Assembly (NCBI RefSeq): GCF_036321535.1 | Contig: NC_087436.1 | Coordinates: 113,648,001 to 113,712,000 of the forward strand | DNA from: Camelus dromedarius | Lineage: Eukaryota | Direction of reading: 5' to 3' | DNA length: 64,000 bases | Shown: positions 1-11,385 of the stretch, in pieces | Position numbering within the stretch: position 1 is the stretch's first letter | Layout of the letters: each line of letters begins with the position of its first letter | Position numbers and translations under genes: made by a program | The notes under the pieces: model-generated | Database searches by the model: none | What the model was told of the DNA's origin: nothing | The model's input: only the letters and a program-made list of their open reading frames with translations

Positions 1-219
1 ATCTTCTTTATCCATTCATCTATAGATGGACATTTAGATTGTTTCCATGTCTTGGCTATTGTATGTAGTGCTCCTATGAACATCAAGGTGCATGTATTTT
101 TTCAAATTAGAGTTCCCTCCAGATATATGCCCAGGAGTGGGATTGCTGGATCATATGGTGAGTCTATCTTTAGTTTTCTGAGGAATCTCCATACTGTTTT
201 CCATAATGGCTGCACCACA
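1..219 (-). mobile_element. L1 LINE fragment (ORF2 C-terminal region), lineage-young, runs off window start
   Basis: Typical antisense L1 ORF2 end (tccattcatc...gggattgctggatcatatggt...ccatactgttttccataatggctgcacca). Closely similar to 57640-57845 in this window. Confidence 0.93.
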
Positions 220-420
220 TTAGGTGCTCTAGATGCATCTTTTTTTCTCTTCACAACAACAATGTCATGAGGAAGAAATTTTCATCATCAGCACTGTTCA
301 GATGAAGAATCTGATCTATGTATGTATTTAACATACACTTTCCAGGGTCAAAATGATAGTGACAAGTTGTGCTGGGGTTAAAACTGAGGGGTTTTAGTAC
401 AACACCTGTTGTCTACTCCA
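220..420 (-). mobile_element. MIR SINE fragment (degraded)
   Basis: tcacaacaac...atgagg...ttcagatgaagaatctga resembles the antisense MIR core. Confidence 0.55.
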
Positions 421-1344
421 CAATGCCTCAGATGCCTTCCTATTTTCTTTTTGTATAGGTAACTACTTGGGGAAAACAAATGGAGCCAAAATGAGGATTT
501 GATGAAAGTTAAAATCCCAGCCTCTTACTTTCAAGTTCAATATTGGTAATTTTCATGTCCTATGAAATATGTTAAAGTATTTATGCTTTATTACTATCTT
601 TCTTATTTGCAAAACTTTTTTTTAAACTCTGTTTCTTTTTCAATTGTAAAATGATTTTCAGCCACAGACTGATTCTTTATTCACTAAGGATAACAAAATT
701 AAAGAACCTTAATATTGAATAGGAAGAGATTACTTGGAACCCCCCAAATAACCTGCAATAGAATTCTTTTAATACTTTTATTACTGCCTCTTTTATTACA
801 CTTCTTTTATTTTTTCTTAGTATAAAAGTAACAAGCTTATTCAAGAAAATTAAAAAGAACATTCATAATCTCCTCCACTTTGACATCTATTGTTAAAATC
901 ATTGTATGCATGTCAAGTCTTCCCAGATCTCTCTCTATATATTGTTTTACTATAACAATAAGATTTAATGTAAATACTTTTTTGTTATCTTCTGCAATTT
1001 ATGTCTAAATAATTCCTTGATATTTAAGTTATTCCCATTGTTCACTACCACAAACTACAGAGAACCAAAAAATAGTTAACAGAACATGATTTAGAAACAG
1101 ACTAGCAAAAAGAGTAGAACTCACCTACAACATTATGAGAAAGGCACATTTTTAAAGGCTAATAATCCTACAATGCTTCAAAAATTCCAATTACCTTTTT
1201 TAAAATAAAAATAATTTTTAAAAAATCACTTCACATTTCATCAAATAACTGTCACAGGAGTGTGCGATGGACCATCTGCACCACCCACCTTCATCTCAGG
1301 GACACGGTCCACTTCAACTTTCAAACCGTCCAAAAAAAGATGAT

Positions 1345-2148
1345 TTAGGGGATGTCTGTAAACCTGGGACCATCCCTGACTCCTTGGCTACCTCACTCCA
1401 CATCCAACCTATCAGCAATCCTTTCTGCTCTGTATTCAATATGTCCAGGACCTGATCACTTCTCAGTACCTTCATACTTCGTACTGTATTACAAGCCACT
1501 GTCATCTCTCTTCATTGATTTCCTTGCTTCTGGTTACCGTCTTACAGTCTGTTCCTCACACATGGACCAGAGGGATCCTATTAAACTCTCGGTCAGATTA
1601 TTTCACACCTCTATTCAAGTGTCCTTCATCTTGTTCGAAGCAAACACCAAAGTACTCACGTGGCGTGGCATGCCAGGCCCCCCAGGGTCTGCTCTTGACC
1701 GGTCCCCTCTCTGACTCATATCCTAGTACTCATCTCCTCACCTGCTCCACTCCTGCCACATGGGCTCCTGGATCTTCCTCTAACACGTGGAGCATTCCCT
1801 TGCTTCAGAGCCCTTGTGTTTGCATGTTCCTGGGATGCTCTTTTCCACGTGGCTTAGTTCCTCACAACTTGCAAGTCTTTGCTCAAATGTTACCTCCACT
1901 ACATCACTTCCTCTGATAACTCCATTCACTTGCAACCTTTTTTATCTCCCTATCCTGTTCCCCTGTTTCCTTTCACTGTTTATCACTTATCAATCTTTTT
2001 CAATTGATATGTTCCATTGATTGATTGATTTAGCTACTTTTCCCCAAGCAGAATGTACACTTTGTGAGGGCAAGAATTTCTGTTGTGTAGTTCACTGCTA
2101 TAGCCCTGGACACAGAGCAGGTGTCAACACACCTTTGTTGAGTGAATA
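1345..2148 (+). mobile_element. L2 LINE 3' portion
   Basis: aaacctgggaccatccctgactcc...cacatccaacc; ends in the L2 tail gaatgtacactttgtgagggcaag...gttcactgct...tttgttgagtgaat. Confidence 0.85.
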
Positions 2149-2539
2149 GCCTCCCTCCCTCCCCTGCAGCTGTAAAGATCTCCTCTTCTGTTACTGCACA
2201 TCTTATTACCTGTGCAGAGCCCCTGGAAGTGAGGATGGAGGGAACTGATACCACTTACTAGTGCCCAGGGGGAAGGAAGTTGGGGATCCACTCCATGTAA
2301 GGTTTTTAGCCAATCTGCTTTCCCTGGGAAAATCACTGCTTTTGCCACCAAGATCCAAACTTTGTCTCAGCAGCCTTGACCCATCGCTCCTTATGTCTTC
2401 ATTTGTGTCCTTTTCCCAAAGATGAAAATTACTGTTACATATTCTCTGTGGAATAGTGTGTTGCTATTAAAAATGTTTGCAAAGATAAGCAATCCATAGA
2501 AACATGGTTATGAAGTAGAAAAAATAAGGAGTAGTTAAG

Positions 2540-2745
2540 AATTCTTTTTCTGGGCCAGAACAATAGGATTTGCATCCTTTTTAGCTGTTTGAATTTAAGC
2601 TTGTTTTTCAACTACTTTGGGACTGCAAATGATGACTATAATAGCACATACCTAATAGGGCTGAGTGATACCATGGGAGGATGCTTGGAAAATACAGAGC
2701 ACACAATACTCAATGTGCAATAATTACAAACTATTGTCATTATCA
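2540..2745 (+). mobile_element. MIR SINE (degraded)
   Basis: ataatagcacatacctaatagggct...cagagcacacaatactcaat...ctattgtcattatc resembles the MIR 3' half. Confidence 0.55.
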
Positions 2746-2954
2746 CTGCAATTATGCTAAGTGAAAAATGCAGAGCACAGAGCTGCATGTATTGCCTGAA
2801 GTAGCTACAAAAAGTCCATGTTAGCACAAGGATTTTCAACCTCTGCTTTGGGGCTGGAGGCCTCTCACCCTCTCATGGCTTGATATCCTGCCTCAACTAG
2901 CCAGTTTCACGTCTGGGCCTCTGCCACTTGTACACACCAGCCAGATGCCAATTC

Positions 2955-3530
2955 CAGTATCATTCAGCTTTCTTTCAATTGTAAGTGACAGGCACTCAAA
3001 CTGACTTCATCAAAAGGGGATTTATTGGGTCATAGAAACTCGGAAATCTCCTGAGCAAAGCTAGTGTTAAGCAAATTTAGGTCGAGGCATCGAGTGATGT
3101 TTTCAGGGTTCTCTCTCTCATTCCCCCTTCCTCCCTTCCCTCCCTCCCTTCCTCTTTCTCTGTCTCTCTCTCTCTTCCCCCAAGCTCTGTTTCTTTCATC
3201 TTGGATTTATTGTCGGGTAGACAGCTTTTCCCCACGTGAAAGCAAGACCCCATGGCCAATCTGATACAGAGACTTTATGTTTCAGAGTAAGGACACCCTT
3301 CCCAAAACTCTCACAAAAGTCCCAGGGAGGTCTTCTGTGGGCTAGCCTTGGTTCACGTGGCCACGCTTGAACAAATCCCTGTGACCCAGGCAAAGATCCC
3401 GTGGGCTCACTATTCTCACTTAGAGGCTGGGGGAGCAGAGTGAGGACCATTGGACCACAATGATGTTTATTATTGTTATATAAACGGAGGGGTTGGTTTC
3501 TCCAAAGAATTGTTGAGTAGACATAGAGAA
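2955..3530 (-). mobile_element. MaLR solo LTR (old MLT1J/K-like) with internal CT-rich tract
   Basis: ttgtaagtgacaggcactcaaactgactt...aaaaggggatttattgggtcatagaaact is the diagnostic old-MLT1 end. Pyrimidine tract at about 3108-3180. Confidence 0.75.
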
Positions 3531-4539
3531 GAAAAAAGTTGGAAGGAAATTCTCCATAATATTAATAGTGTATCAATAGTGATTAACGTATCATTAATTT
3601 ATGATAGATGATTTATTTTTACTTTAAAAATGTTCCAAATTATCTTTAGTCATTATCCATTATTTTTGTAATTAAAAAAAAAGGGGAAATAGTCCTTGAG
3701 AGCTGAGTGGGCTGGTAAGGTCTTCAGGTGGTATGTGAATGGATACATGGACCCAAAGACTCTCCCCAGCTACATAAGCCTCTGGACTCTTCAGCAATCC
3801 CTCCCTTACCTGGAACAAAGGCTGTTATGTATATGTAATATGTCGTTGCACCCCTGACGCTCCAGTTTACAGCGAAACCAGCTATTTACATTCAAACTTC
3901 CAGAGGCTGATGGTCCTGTGGAAAAAATCCTAGACCAGCAGCCAGAGACCTGGGTGTTTGTTCCAGCTCTGTCCCTAACAGTTGTGTCAGGTGTCAGACA
4001 CTTCTGGGCTGCAGGTCACCCATCTCCAGTCAGAAAGTTTATTTTCAGCTTTAACACTCTGTAATTATTATTTCCGTTTACTGATGGAGTAACTAATTAC
4101 TTCATTACAGGATTTCTGAAGACCAGTTACCTCCTGTTTGGTTCAATTAGCAAAACGCCAACGTGATTGTCATTGATTCTGACGGTCGAGCTGCCAGGAG
4201 AAGAGATCCCTGTGGGAGGATATTTCAGCATCTTAAGCAGATTGTGCATTTATTATTCCAAGTAGTATACAGGAACAGAGCTCATTCTGCAGTTTTCTAA
4301 TTCCTTGCTTAGGAAATGCTCACTCCCCATCATTCTCTGGTGCAGATGCCCAAGGACTCTCATGGTCCCTCTTTAGAGCAAGAGAAGAGAAACCAACAGT
4401 GGTCAAGACTGGTTGGAACAAGCCTTTGCTTCTTCTCCTGAATGGAGAACCACAGAACATCAGACAGAAGGTGGCCGTCAAAGATCATTCACTACAGCCC
4501 TCTGGGATTTAGAGGAAACTGGGCATCTTCAGCGTGTTC

Positions 4540-5260
4540 TGCAGAAAGAACAAATGCTGCAGAGTCAGACAGAGGGCATCTGAACCCCGGCTCTTTCATT
4601 TACAAATGTGTAACCTTTGGAGAATTTCATAATTATGTTCTGAGTGGTATTTTCATCATTATAATATTTTAACCTTTAAAAAAAGGAGCAATGATAATAC
4701 CCACTCTGAATGTGGTACATAGATAATGACCACCCCCCAAAAAAGACCACATCCTAATCCCCAAAACCTATGAACACATTACCTTACATAATCGAAGAGA
4801 CTTTGCAGAGGAGATTAAGTTAAGGACTTTGAGGTGAGAGATTACCCTGGATCATTCAGGTGGACCCATTGTTTTCTCAAGGACCTTTATAAGTGAAAAG
4901 GGAGGTGGAGAGTTGACTGGAGAAGGAGATATGACAAAAGAAAGAGAGTTTGGAGTGAGGCTGTAAGGGAAGGGTAATGCAGGGATCTGCAGGCCAAAGA
5001 ATGAGGGTGACCTCTAAAAGCTGAAAGGCAAGGAAATGGGTTTTGCCCTATAGCCTGAAAAGGAATTCTGCTCTGTTGACACATTTTTAGACTTCTGACT
5101 TCCAGAAAGATAATAAGTTTGTATTCTTCTAAGCCATCACTTTTGTGATCATCTGTTACTACAGCAATGGTAAACACATACAGTGGAGATTGTTAACCAG
5201 GTATGCAAGTAGTCTGGAACAACAGCTCACGGGGTGGACACACTGAATGCTATTGTTTTT
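4540..5260 (+). mobile_element. MIR SINE split by an MLT1D insertion (MIR parts about 4540-4710 and 5183-5260)
   Basis: agagtcagacag...tgaaccccggctct...tgtgtaacctttgg...ataatacccact lies before the LTR; MIR tail-like sequence resumes after it. Confidence 0.65.
4711..5182 (+). mobile_element. MLT1D-like MaLR solo LTR, full length
   Basis: TG...CA termini; tgtggtacatagataatgacc...atcctaatcccc...gactttgcag...gattaagttaagga...ttgttactacagcaatggtaaacacataca. Confidence 0.9.
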
Positions 5261-5404
5261 GCTGCAGCTGTGGTTATTAGCATTTCTTCTCCCCTTCCTC
5301 ATCCTTTTCCTCTTTCCTCCTTCTCCCGCATCCTTCTTTCCCATTTCCTTCCTTCCATCCTCCTTTTCCCTTCTTATCTTTTTAAAAGTAACAGTAAAGG
5401 AAGA

Positions 5405-5610
5405 AAAGAACCAGCATTCAATATGGGCTTGTGTTAGGCATGGTCCTTGGCAATATCACATGCATAACCTAATTTAGTCTTCCAGCAACGCTGTATTTTA
5501 ATATTTCCTTCTTATAGATGAAGAAACCAAGTTCTACTGAAGTCAAGTGAGTTGCTTTTAGACACACTGAGAATTCGTGGCAGTCCTCAGGCTGTTGATT
5601 ATCCCACACC
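5405..5610 (-). mobile_element. MIR SINE
   Basis: cttatagatgaagaaaccaag...gtcaagtgagttgc matches the antisense core. Confidence 0.7.
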
Positions 5611-5910
5611 TCCCTCATCATTAGCAGCCTCATCTCCATTCCAAACAAAGAGCTGTTGATCTGCATCCTGTGTGCCCTGGATGACCAGAGCTGGACCGAG
5701 TACAGAACTCCATCACCATGACAATGGCACTACCTGCCTGGGTTGTGGCGTGTTCCCCCGTCAGGCTGGAGTGCAGATGTCAGGGAGAGGTGCTGTGGCG
5801 CAGGAAGGTGCTGCCATCTGTCTGAAGATACCCATCTGCTCAGGACAGCAAATAGCTCATTGCATCCCAGCCACTTCCAATAAGCACCCCTTGCTCAGTT
5901 CAGGGGAAAA

Positions 5911-6112
5911 GAATAATGACCACCATTTATCAAGCACCTGTAGGGTGTTAGGCATGTGCGGGCTTTTTTCCCCTCTGCTTCATGTTATAATTCTGTGAGG
6001 TGGGTATTGTTCTTCCCATTTATAGGGAGGAAACTGAGGCACAGAGAGAATGGCCTTACCCACTCACCCACGAAGCAGCAAGCTGGAGTCCATCCAGGTG
6101 TGCTCAGAGACT
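5911..6112 (-). mobile_element. MIR SINE
   Basis: catttatcaagcacct...cccatttatagggaggaaactgaggcacagaga. Confidence 0.8.
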
Positions 6113-6539
6113 GAGGGCAAACCCTCCCCAGCTGGCTACACTCCTTGTTCCCCAAAGACAGTCATGGTGGGTCCCCAAAGGCCTTGAGTCTAATAAAGCA
6201 CTAGGTTCATTAATCACTTCCTTTATCCTCTTGCCCATTTCCCTACCTCCTTCTTCTTGGGTCACTGCATTGTTTGACAGTTTTTACTTAAGTACTGGCA
6301 CCAGGGGCTGAAATGGGGAGGCTGGCACATGTGGATGGAATGAAGAGTCTGCAGAGCTGAGGAGGGAGGCTTGAGCGAGTTAGTGCAGAGGTCCAGTTCA
6401 GGGGGACTGCCCTCCACCTCGACCACAGACCCAGCCTGGAACTTGGGAGCCTGGGCTGTCATTCTGTGGACTTCTCTGCTTGAAGCCCTAGCAATGGCTG
6501 GGTAGATGGAAGGCAGAGGGCTGGGGAGGGTAGGAATCT

Positions 6540-6670
6540 AGCTTAGAACTGAATAGATCTGGACTTTAGGCTCGAATGCCACTCAGGAGCTGTGTTGCTT
6601 TGGGCAAGTTGCCTCACAACCCTGAGCCTGTTTCCTCTTTTGTAGAAATTGCATAGAGTTGTGAGGACCC
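6540..6670 (+). mobile_element. MIR SINE fragment
   Basis: gctgtgttgctttgggcaagttgcctcacaaccctgagcctgtttcctcttttgtagaa. Confidence 0.75.
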
Positions 6671-6714
6671 AACAGCCAGAAGGGGCCATAGAGGATAGCT
6701 TACCCCACCAGGAA

Positions 6715-6815
6715 TTTGGACCCAAAGGAACTGAGGCTCAGAAACAAGGAATAATTGGCCAGAGACCACCTGGCCACCAGCAAGACAGCATTCAGGTCAG
6801 TGTCTAAAATTCTTT
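6715..6815 (-). mobile_element. MIR SINE fragment
   Basis: aaaggaactgaggctcagaaa...taattggccagagaccac. Confidence 0.6.
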
Positions 6816-7399
6816 TCTCTAAAATATGTTGCTTCTTGGGATCAAATGTGATGAGCAGTAAATGGCTGTGCTGATGCCAAAGTCAGGATGTAAGGCATTG
6901 AGAGGAGCTTCCTCAGACTGCTTCTCTTCCACTGCCTCCCAGGAAAGATTTCTGCAGCTGGGTAGACCAGAACATTGGCAACCCCCAGACTCCACCCAAA
7001 ATCTCATTCTCCCTCTAAATTTCCAGTTTCAAGGGTATAGAATGGCATAAAGGTATTTTATGTCTGACATGAATGAAGCACACTGGGTTAATTGATAAGC
7101 TCATAAAGCCAATAGAGACAGGGAGAATTTTGCCTAGACCGTTTCATGAGCTTATCTGTGGCTGAGGTAGACAAAAAGTTTACAGTAGCCCCTATTTCAC
7201 AGAGAAAATGAAGCCTGCCAGGTCTGAAATCCTACCCACACCTCCTTGTTTTCAGAATGAGAGGCTTCTCTTTCCCTGGGTAACTTCACTTTTCCCCCTG
7301 GGCTCTCACTTCAGCTTCCTCATTTCTTCCAAGTTGTTTCTCCGTAGTGATCCCATCTCTCTCTGGTTCCTCACTAGGGATTCTTGAAACAGGCAGCCA

Positions 7400-7950
7400 G
7401 TCTATATAAGCCTACCTTGTGGTAGGAGTGCTCGAGTCATTGGTGTTGCAGCTGCAAATTAGTCCTTGTTCTCAAGGAGGCTGTGTTTAAGATGGGAGAG
7501 ACAGACAACTCTAAACAAGCCTTTTATATGTAATAGATCATCAAGTAGTGCAAAGTGCTAGGAAGAAAATTAAAACAAAGTTGCCGTTACTAGCGACGGG
7601 GGTATGGTGATAGCAGTGGCGAAGATCCATGTGTTGGTAGCAATGATGGGGATGGTGGTGAACATGACGATGGGGAGTGGTAGTAGCATTGGGGGTGATT
7701 TTGGTGGAAGGGGGGGCAGTGGAGGTGGCAATGATCATGGTGGTCAGGGGAAGTAGGGTGGCTGTGGGGGTGTGGGTGTGGTTGGGGGTTGGTGATGGTG
7801 GTTGCAGTGGTATAAGTCAATTTTAGTTTTGATAGTCTATGAGAAAAAGACATTTGAGTAGAGACCTGAATTGTAAGGAGCTAGCCCTGCAAAAATCTAA
7901 CAGCTGACAGTCTAAGTAGGGAAAATGAAAAAACAAAAGGCCCTGAGGTT
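7400..7950 (-). mobile_element. L2 fragment interrupted by a G-rich simple repeat
   Basis: gtccttgttctcaaggag...gggagagacagaca...gacatttgagtagagacctgaa...aaaggccctgagg are antisense L2 3' motifs. Confidence 0.7.
7595..7812. repeat. Degenerate (TGG)n / G-rich low-complexity tract
   Basis: Run of ggt/tgg/ggg triplets seen directly. It explains the His/Pro/Thr-rich minus-strand ORFs. Confidence 0.9.
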
Positions 7951-8209
7951 TTGTTGCCTACCCCCCATTCTGGATACTCTGGGTGATGGTGGTGGCTTCT
8001 ACCATCTCTGTGGCTCCTTTGGGAACTGAGCCAAAGTTACCCTCTATGGGAATCTGACTGATAAACATTTCCTAACAAGTCATTTCCACACAAATCCTCC
8101 TCTTGTGGCCTCCTTCAGTGAACCCTAACCTAAGACATTGCATAGAAATATTTCTTTCAAGGAATTTTTCTGTAAAGAAAAGAATTTGGGGTTAAGATTA
8201 TTACAATCC

Positions 8210-8400
8210 CAAAGGCAACTCAAACTCAACATTTCCAAAACTAAAACCATTAACATTTTCCCCTCGAACTAACTTCTCTTCCAGTGTTACCTTTCTCAGT
8301 GAATGCCTACATTATTCGTCCCGGCACAAAAGCAAAAACCTGGGTTAATTCTCAACACTTTCCAGTCTGTCTCCAAGTCTTGTTCTTTCTGTCTCCCCTA
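8210..8400 (+). mobile_element. L2 fragment
   Basis: aactcaaactcaacatttccaaaact...ctcagtgaatg...aaaaacctggg. Confidence 0.75.
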
Positions 8401-9249
8401 CATGATGCACTTGAGGCTTCTCAAGGGCTTGACCAAGAATAATTTAGGTGTTATTGGTGACAGAGGGAACCACTGAAGCATGTTCAGCCTTGTTTACCCA
8501 AAATACAGCTTAAAATAAAACCATATCCATTCCTTTGGATTTTGTTCTTGGCAGTCCATTGCACATTGTGTACATGTGCATAATGTCAATTTCATGCAAA
8601 TTTTTAGCAAAAATGGAAAGGGGGAGGGGCTCCCCTCCAAGTCCTTGAAGATTGTTGCAAAGGGTGAGAAATTACACATTTATTGTCCTTCCTCCAGGCT
8701 CTGAGGAAACAAATATAATCAGTGAGGAAATTCAATAGAAGCTTAACAAAGAGCAAAGGCAATTGGTGAGACTTTGGAGGGAAATTAATTAAGCCAAACT
8801 AAAATGAGTGATTTTGGGCTTGAGAGTCTGAGGGGGTCTGGGCAGTGGAGAACTGGCACAGAGAAAGGAAGCATGCTGGCAGGGAACTGATTCAGGGTCC
8901 AAGATTAATTATCATTCACCATCTAATTATGGAGTCTGAATTACCATCCTGCCAGTTGAGTTTCTTTTCTCTAAAACAGGAGATGAGAAAAGGTTTGGTT
9001 CTGGAAGCTGGGGGTCTTTCTTCTAATTCTCACTTTAGACAGATAATAAAAAAGAGTTTGCTTTTGTCCTTTTCTGATTATTATTTATCATTTTTATTGT
9101 TTTAAAAAGAGCTGCTCTCTTCCAGATTAATTTCCCCTTTCTTGCCAATTAACTGTTTTGCATTCTCATCATCTGAACATGAAAATGCCATGCATATTAC
9201 TACTGGGTGTATGATTTATTCTAGGTGGAATGCTGGATACAAACTCCTT

Positions 9250-9505
9250 ATTCAGTTTACCTATTTATACTGCCTACTGTGTGCAGGGAATCTCTTAAGA
9301 TACTTCACTTTGCTAATGCATACAATCAAGGGTAAATGTAGTCTGGCTTACAGTCCTCCACTCCTCAGACTAGTCCCAGAAGCTGGGAACTAATATTAGC
9401 ACCATTTAATAGTTTAACTGGGGTTGGAAAGTTTAAGCAAATTTTCCAAAGTCACGTGACTAGTAGGCTAATGAAACCCAAGATTCAAAACCAGGCTTCT
9501 GTGTC
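9250..9505 (-). mobile_element. MIR SINE (degraded)
   Basis: atttatactgcctactgtgtgcagg...gtttaagcaaattttccaaagtcac...agattcaaaaccagg. Confidence 0.6.
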
Positions 9506-9944
9506 TCATTCAACCAACCCCTCATCTTCCACATTGAAGAAGTCTGAATCTGCTGTGAAGTTTAGCCACACATCTAGGTTGGTTTTATGCAAACCTTTTA
9601 ATGTTGTTTTTAATCAAGAATTAAAATAAAATGAACAATGAGAAGTTTATCTTCTGGGTCTTCTGGCCTCTACTAAAAATTGTTTGCTATCTCTATGCTC
9701 GCTTTGGGTAAATTTCAAAATAATTCCAGGTATGGCACTTGAACTCACGTGTGTTATAAACCCATTTTACTTGTCCTAACTCACCTATCCTTGCTTAGTC
9801 TCACCTGTGACCCTATATTTTATGGTTGAACCAAACTGGACACATACAGAAATGTTGACAATGATGATGATGATGACCGTAGAGATATGAGCAAGAACAC
9901 ACTGAAAGGCAAGAAGAAATGTTGGACCCTAGAAAGTAGATAAA

Positions 9945-10085
9945 CATGGTGGTTCTGAATGTAGACTTTGGAACCAAATCACTTGGGTTTGAAACTTGGT
10001 TCTATAATGAGTGAATCTGGGCAATTTATTTAACCTCTGTGTTTTAGTTTCCTTATTTTTTTTTGGGGGGGGCAGGTAACTAGAT

Positions 10086-10128
<43 letters not shown>

Positions 10129-10355
10129 TTTTTTTGATGGAGGTACTGGGGATTGAACCTAGGATCTTGTGCACGCTAAGCAGGCACTCTACCACTCAGT
10201 TAAACCCTCCCCGCTTTAGTTTCCTTATTTGCAGAACTAGGAGTAATAATGGTACCTTCTTCACAGTACTCTTATGTGGTTAAGTGAGATAACATAGCAG
10301 AATTGCCCAAGACAGTGCCTGGCACATAGTAATTTTTACCCAAATATTAGCTGTT
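9945..10355 (+). mobile_element. MIR SINE, host of the Vic-1 insertion
   Basis: agactttggaacc...tgggtttgaaac...gggcaatttatttaacctctgtg [insert] ...taataatggtacct...cagtgcctggcacatagtaa. Confidence 0.85.
10059..10214 (-). mobile_element. Camelid tRNA-derived SINE (Vic-1 type), full length with 16-bp TSD
   Basis: Reverse complement reads ggggagggtttaactgagtggtagagtgcctgcttagcgtgcacaagatcctaggttcaatccccagtacctcc-(aaat)n-ctagttacctgc(n)-a(n), with B box GGTTCAATCCC. TSD tttagtttccttattt at 10043-10058 and 10215-10230. Confidence 0.93.
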
Positions 10356-10391
10356 GTTGTTGTTGTTGTTATTATTATTATTATTATTATT
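10352..10391. repeat. Compound (TGT)n(TAT)n microsatellite at MIR tail
   Basis: Seen directly. Confidence 0.95.
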
Positions 10392-10959
10392 AGACTGACC
10401 TGGGCTAGAATAATCTTTCAAATTTTATTTTCTCTTCTTTATCACAGAATATAGTTATTCTCTCATTTGATTAATATTTGAAATAAATGGTAGAATACAT
10501 ATATACACTAACTTAGTATTTGACACACAATAATAAGCCTGAGGTCTAAAATGCTGTTCATTGGAACATGATCTTTATTCCTGAATTCCTTCTTTCATAC
10601 TCTCAACCCTTGAGATTTTTCAAATCCTGCTGAGGGTCTTAGGTGTTCATGATCTGAATCGGCTCATTCCCCTCTGGGCTCCTTCTTTCACTGTGATTGG
10701 CTTCTGTTCCCTGGCCATTCTCCTGCCAGGGTCATCATCTATGTATGGTGACAGGTGGGTGCATAAATGCTCATTAACTCCGAGATGTCACTGTACCTAC
10801 CCAGAAACAAACACACGATCTCTGTCCTCAAGCAGCTTGTGACATAAGTGAGGATACGAGTGAAGCTCAGAAAGTGCCCAGAGACGATGGGAAAGTTCCT
10901 TAGAATTTACTGCACTACAGTGTCTGAGAGCTCCGTCAGCTGGCCTCGCGTTTGGAAGC

Positions 10960-11385
10960 TATTTGTAGTGCACATGTTATGCGCCTTGTATTCTGCTGAG
11001 CACTCAAAAGAGTCTGTTGAGACAAAATTGACATGTTTTCCCAATTCCACTGATATTAATTGAGTCTGATGTCCCAGGGGTGCTCTAAAAAAACAAAAAC
11101 CAGACATGTGACTTACTATTATGAAACTTGTACTCTGATGAAGAGTGGGGTGATAGTAAACAAGACAGCTTCTAATAATAACATGTGTAATGAAGAAAAT
11201 GAAACACATAGCAGTGAGCTAGAGTAACTGGGCATGAGGGTGGGAAACGACCTTAGACTGGCCTTTCTGAGGAGATGACATAGGATCTGAGCCCTCATTA
11301 GAAGAGTTATAAGAAAACACTCTTTGCCAGAGGAAGCATCAAGAGCAAAGGTCCTAAAGAAGAGCCAGCCTTACCATGTACACAA
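10960..11385 (-). mobile_element. L2 fragment
   Basis: ggcctttctgaggagatgacataggatctgag...agaggaagcatcaagagcaaaggtcct. Confidence 0.65.

Noticed and set aside
52..270. 72-aa ORF
   Set aside because: Antisense reading of an L1 fragment running into a MIR.
7541..7853. His/Pro/Thr-rich ORFs
   Set aside because: Translation of the (CCA)n-like low-complexity strand.
10140..10214. tRNA-Ala-like gene
   Set aside because: It is the head of a SINE, with an (AAAT)n body, A-tail and TSD, and its A box is degenerate.
10710..10760. 25-nt micro-exon candidate (ctcctgccag|...GACAG|gtgggt)
   Set aside because: Too short, frame-shifting and with a mediocre donor; expected by chance.
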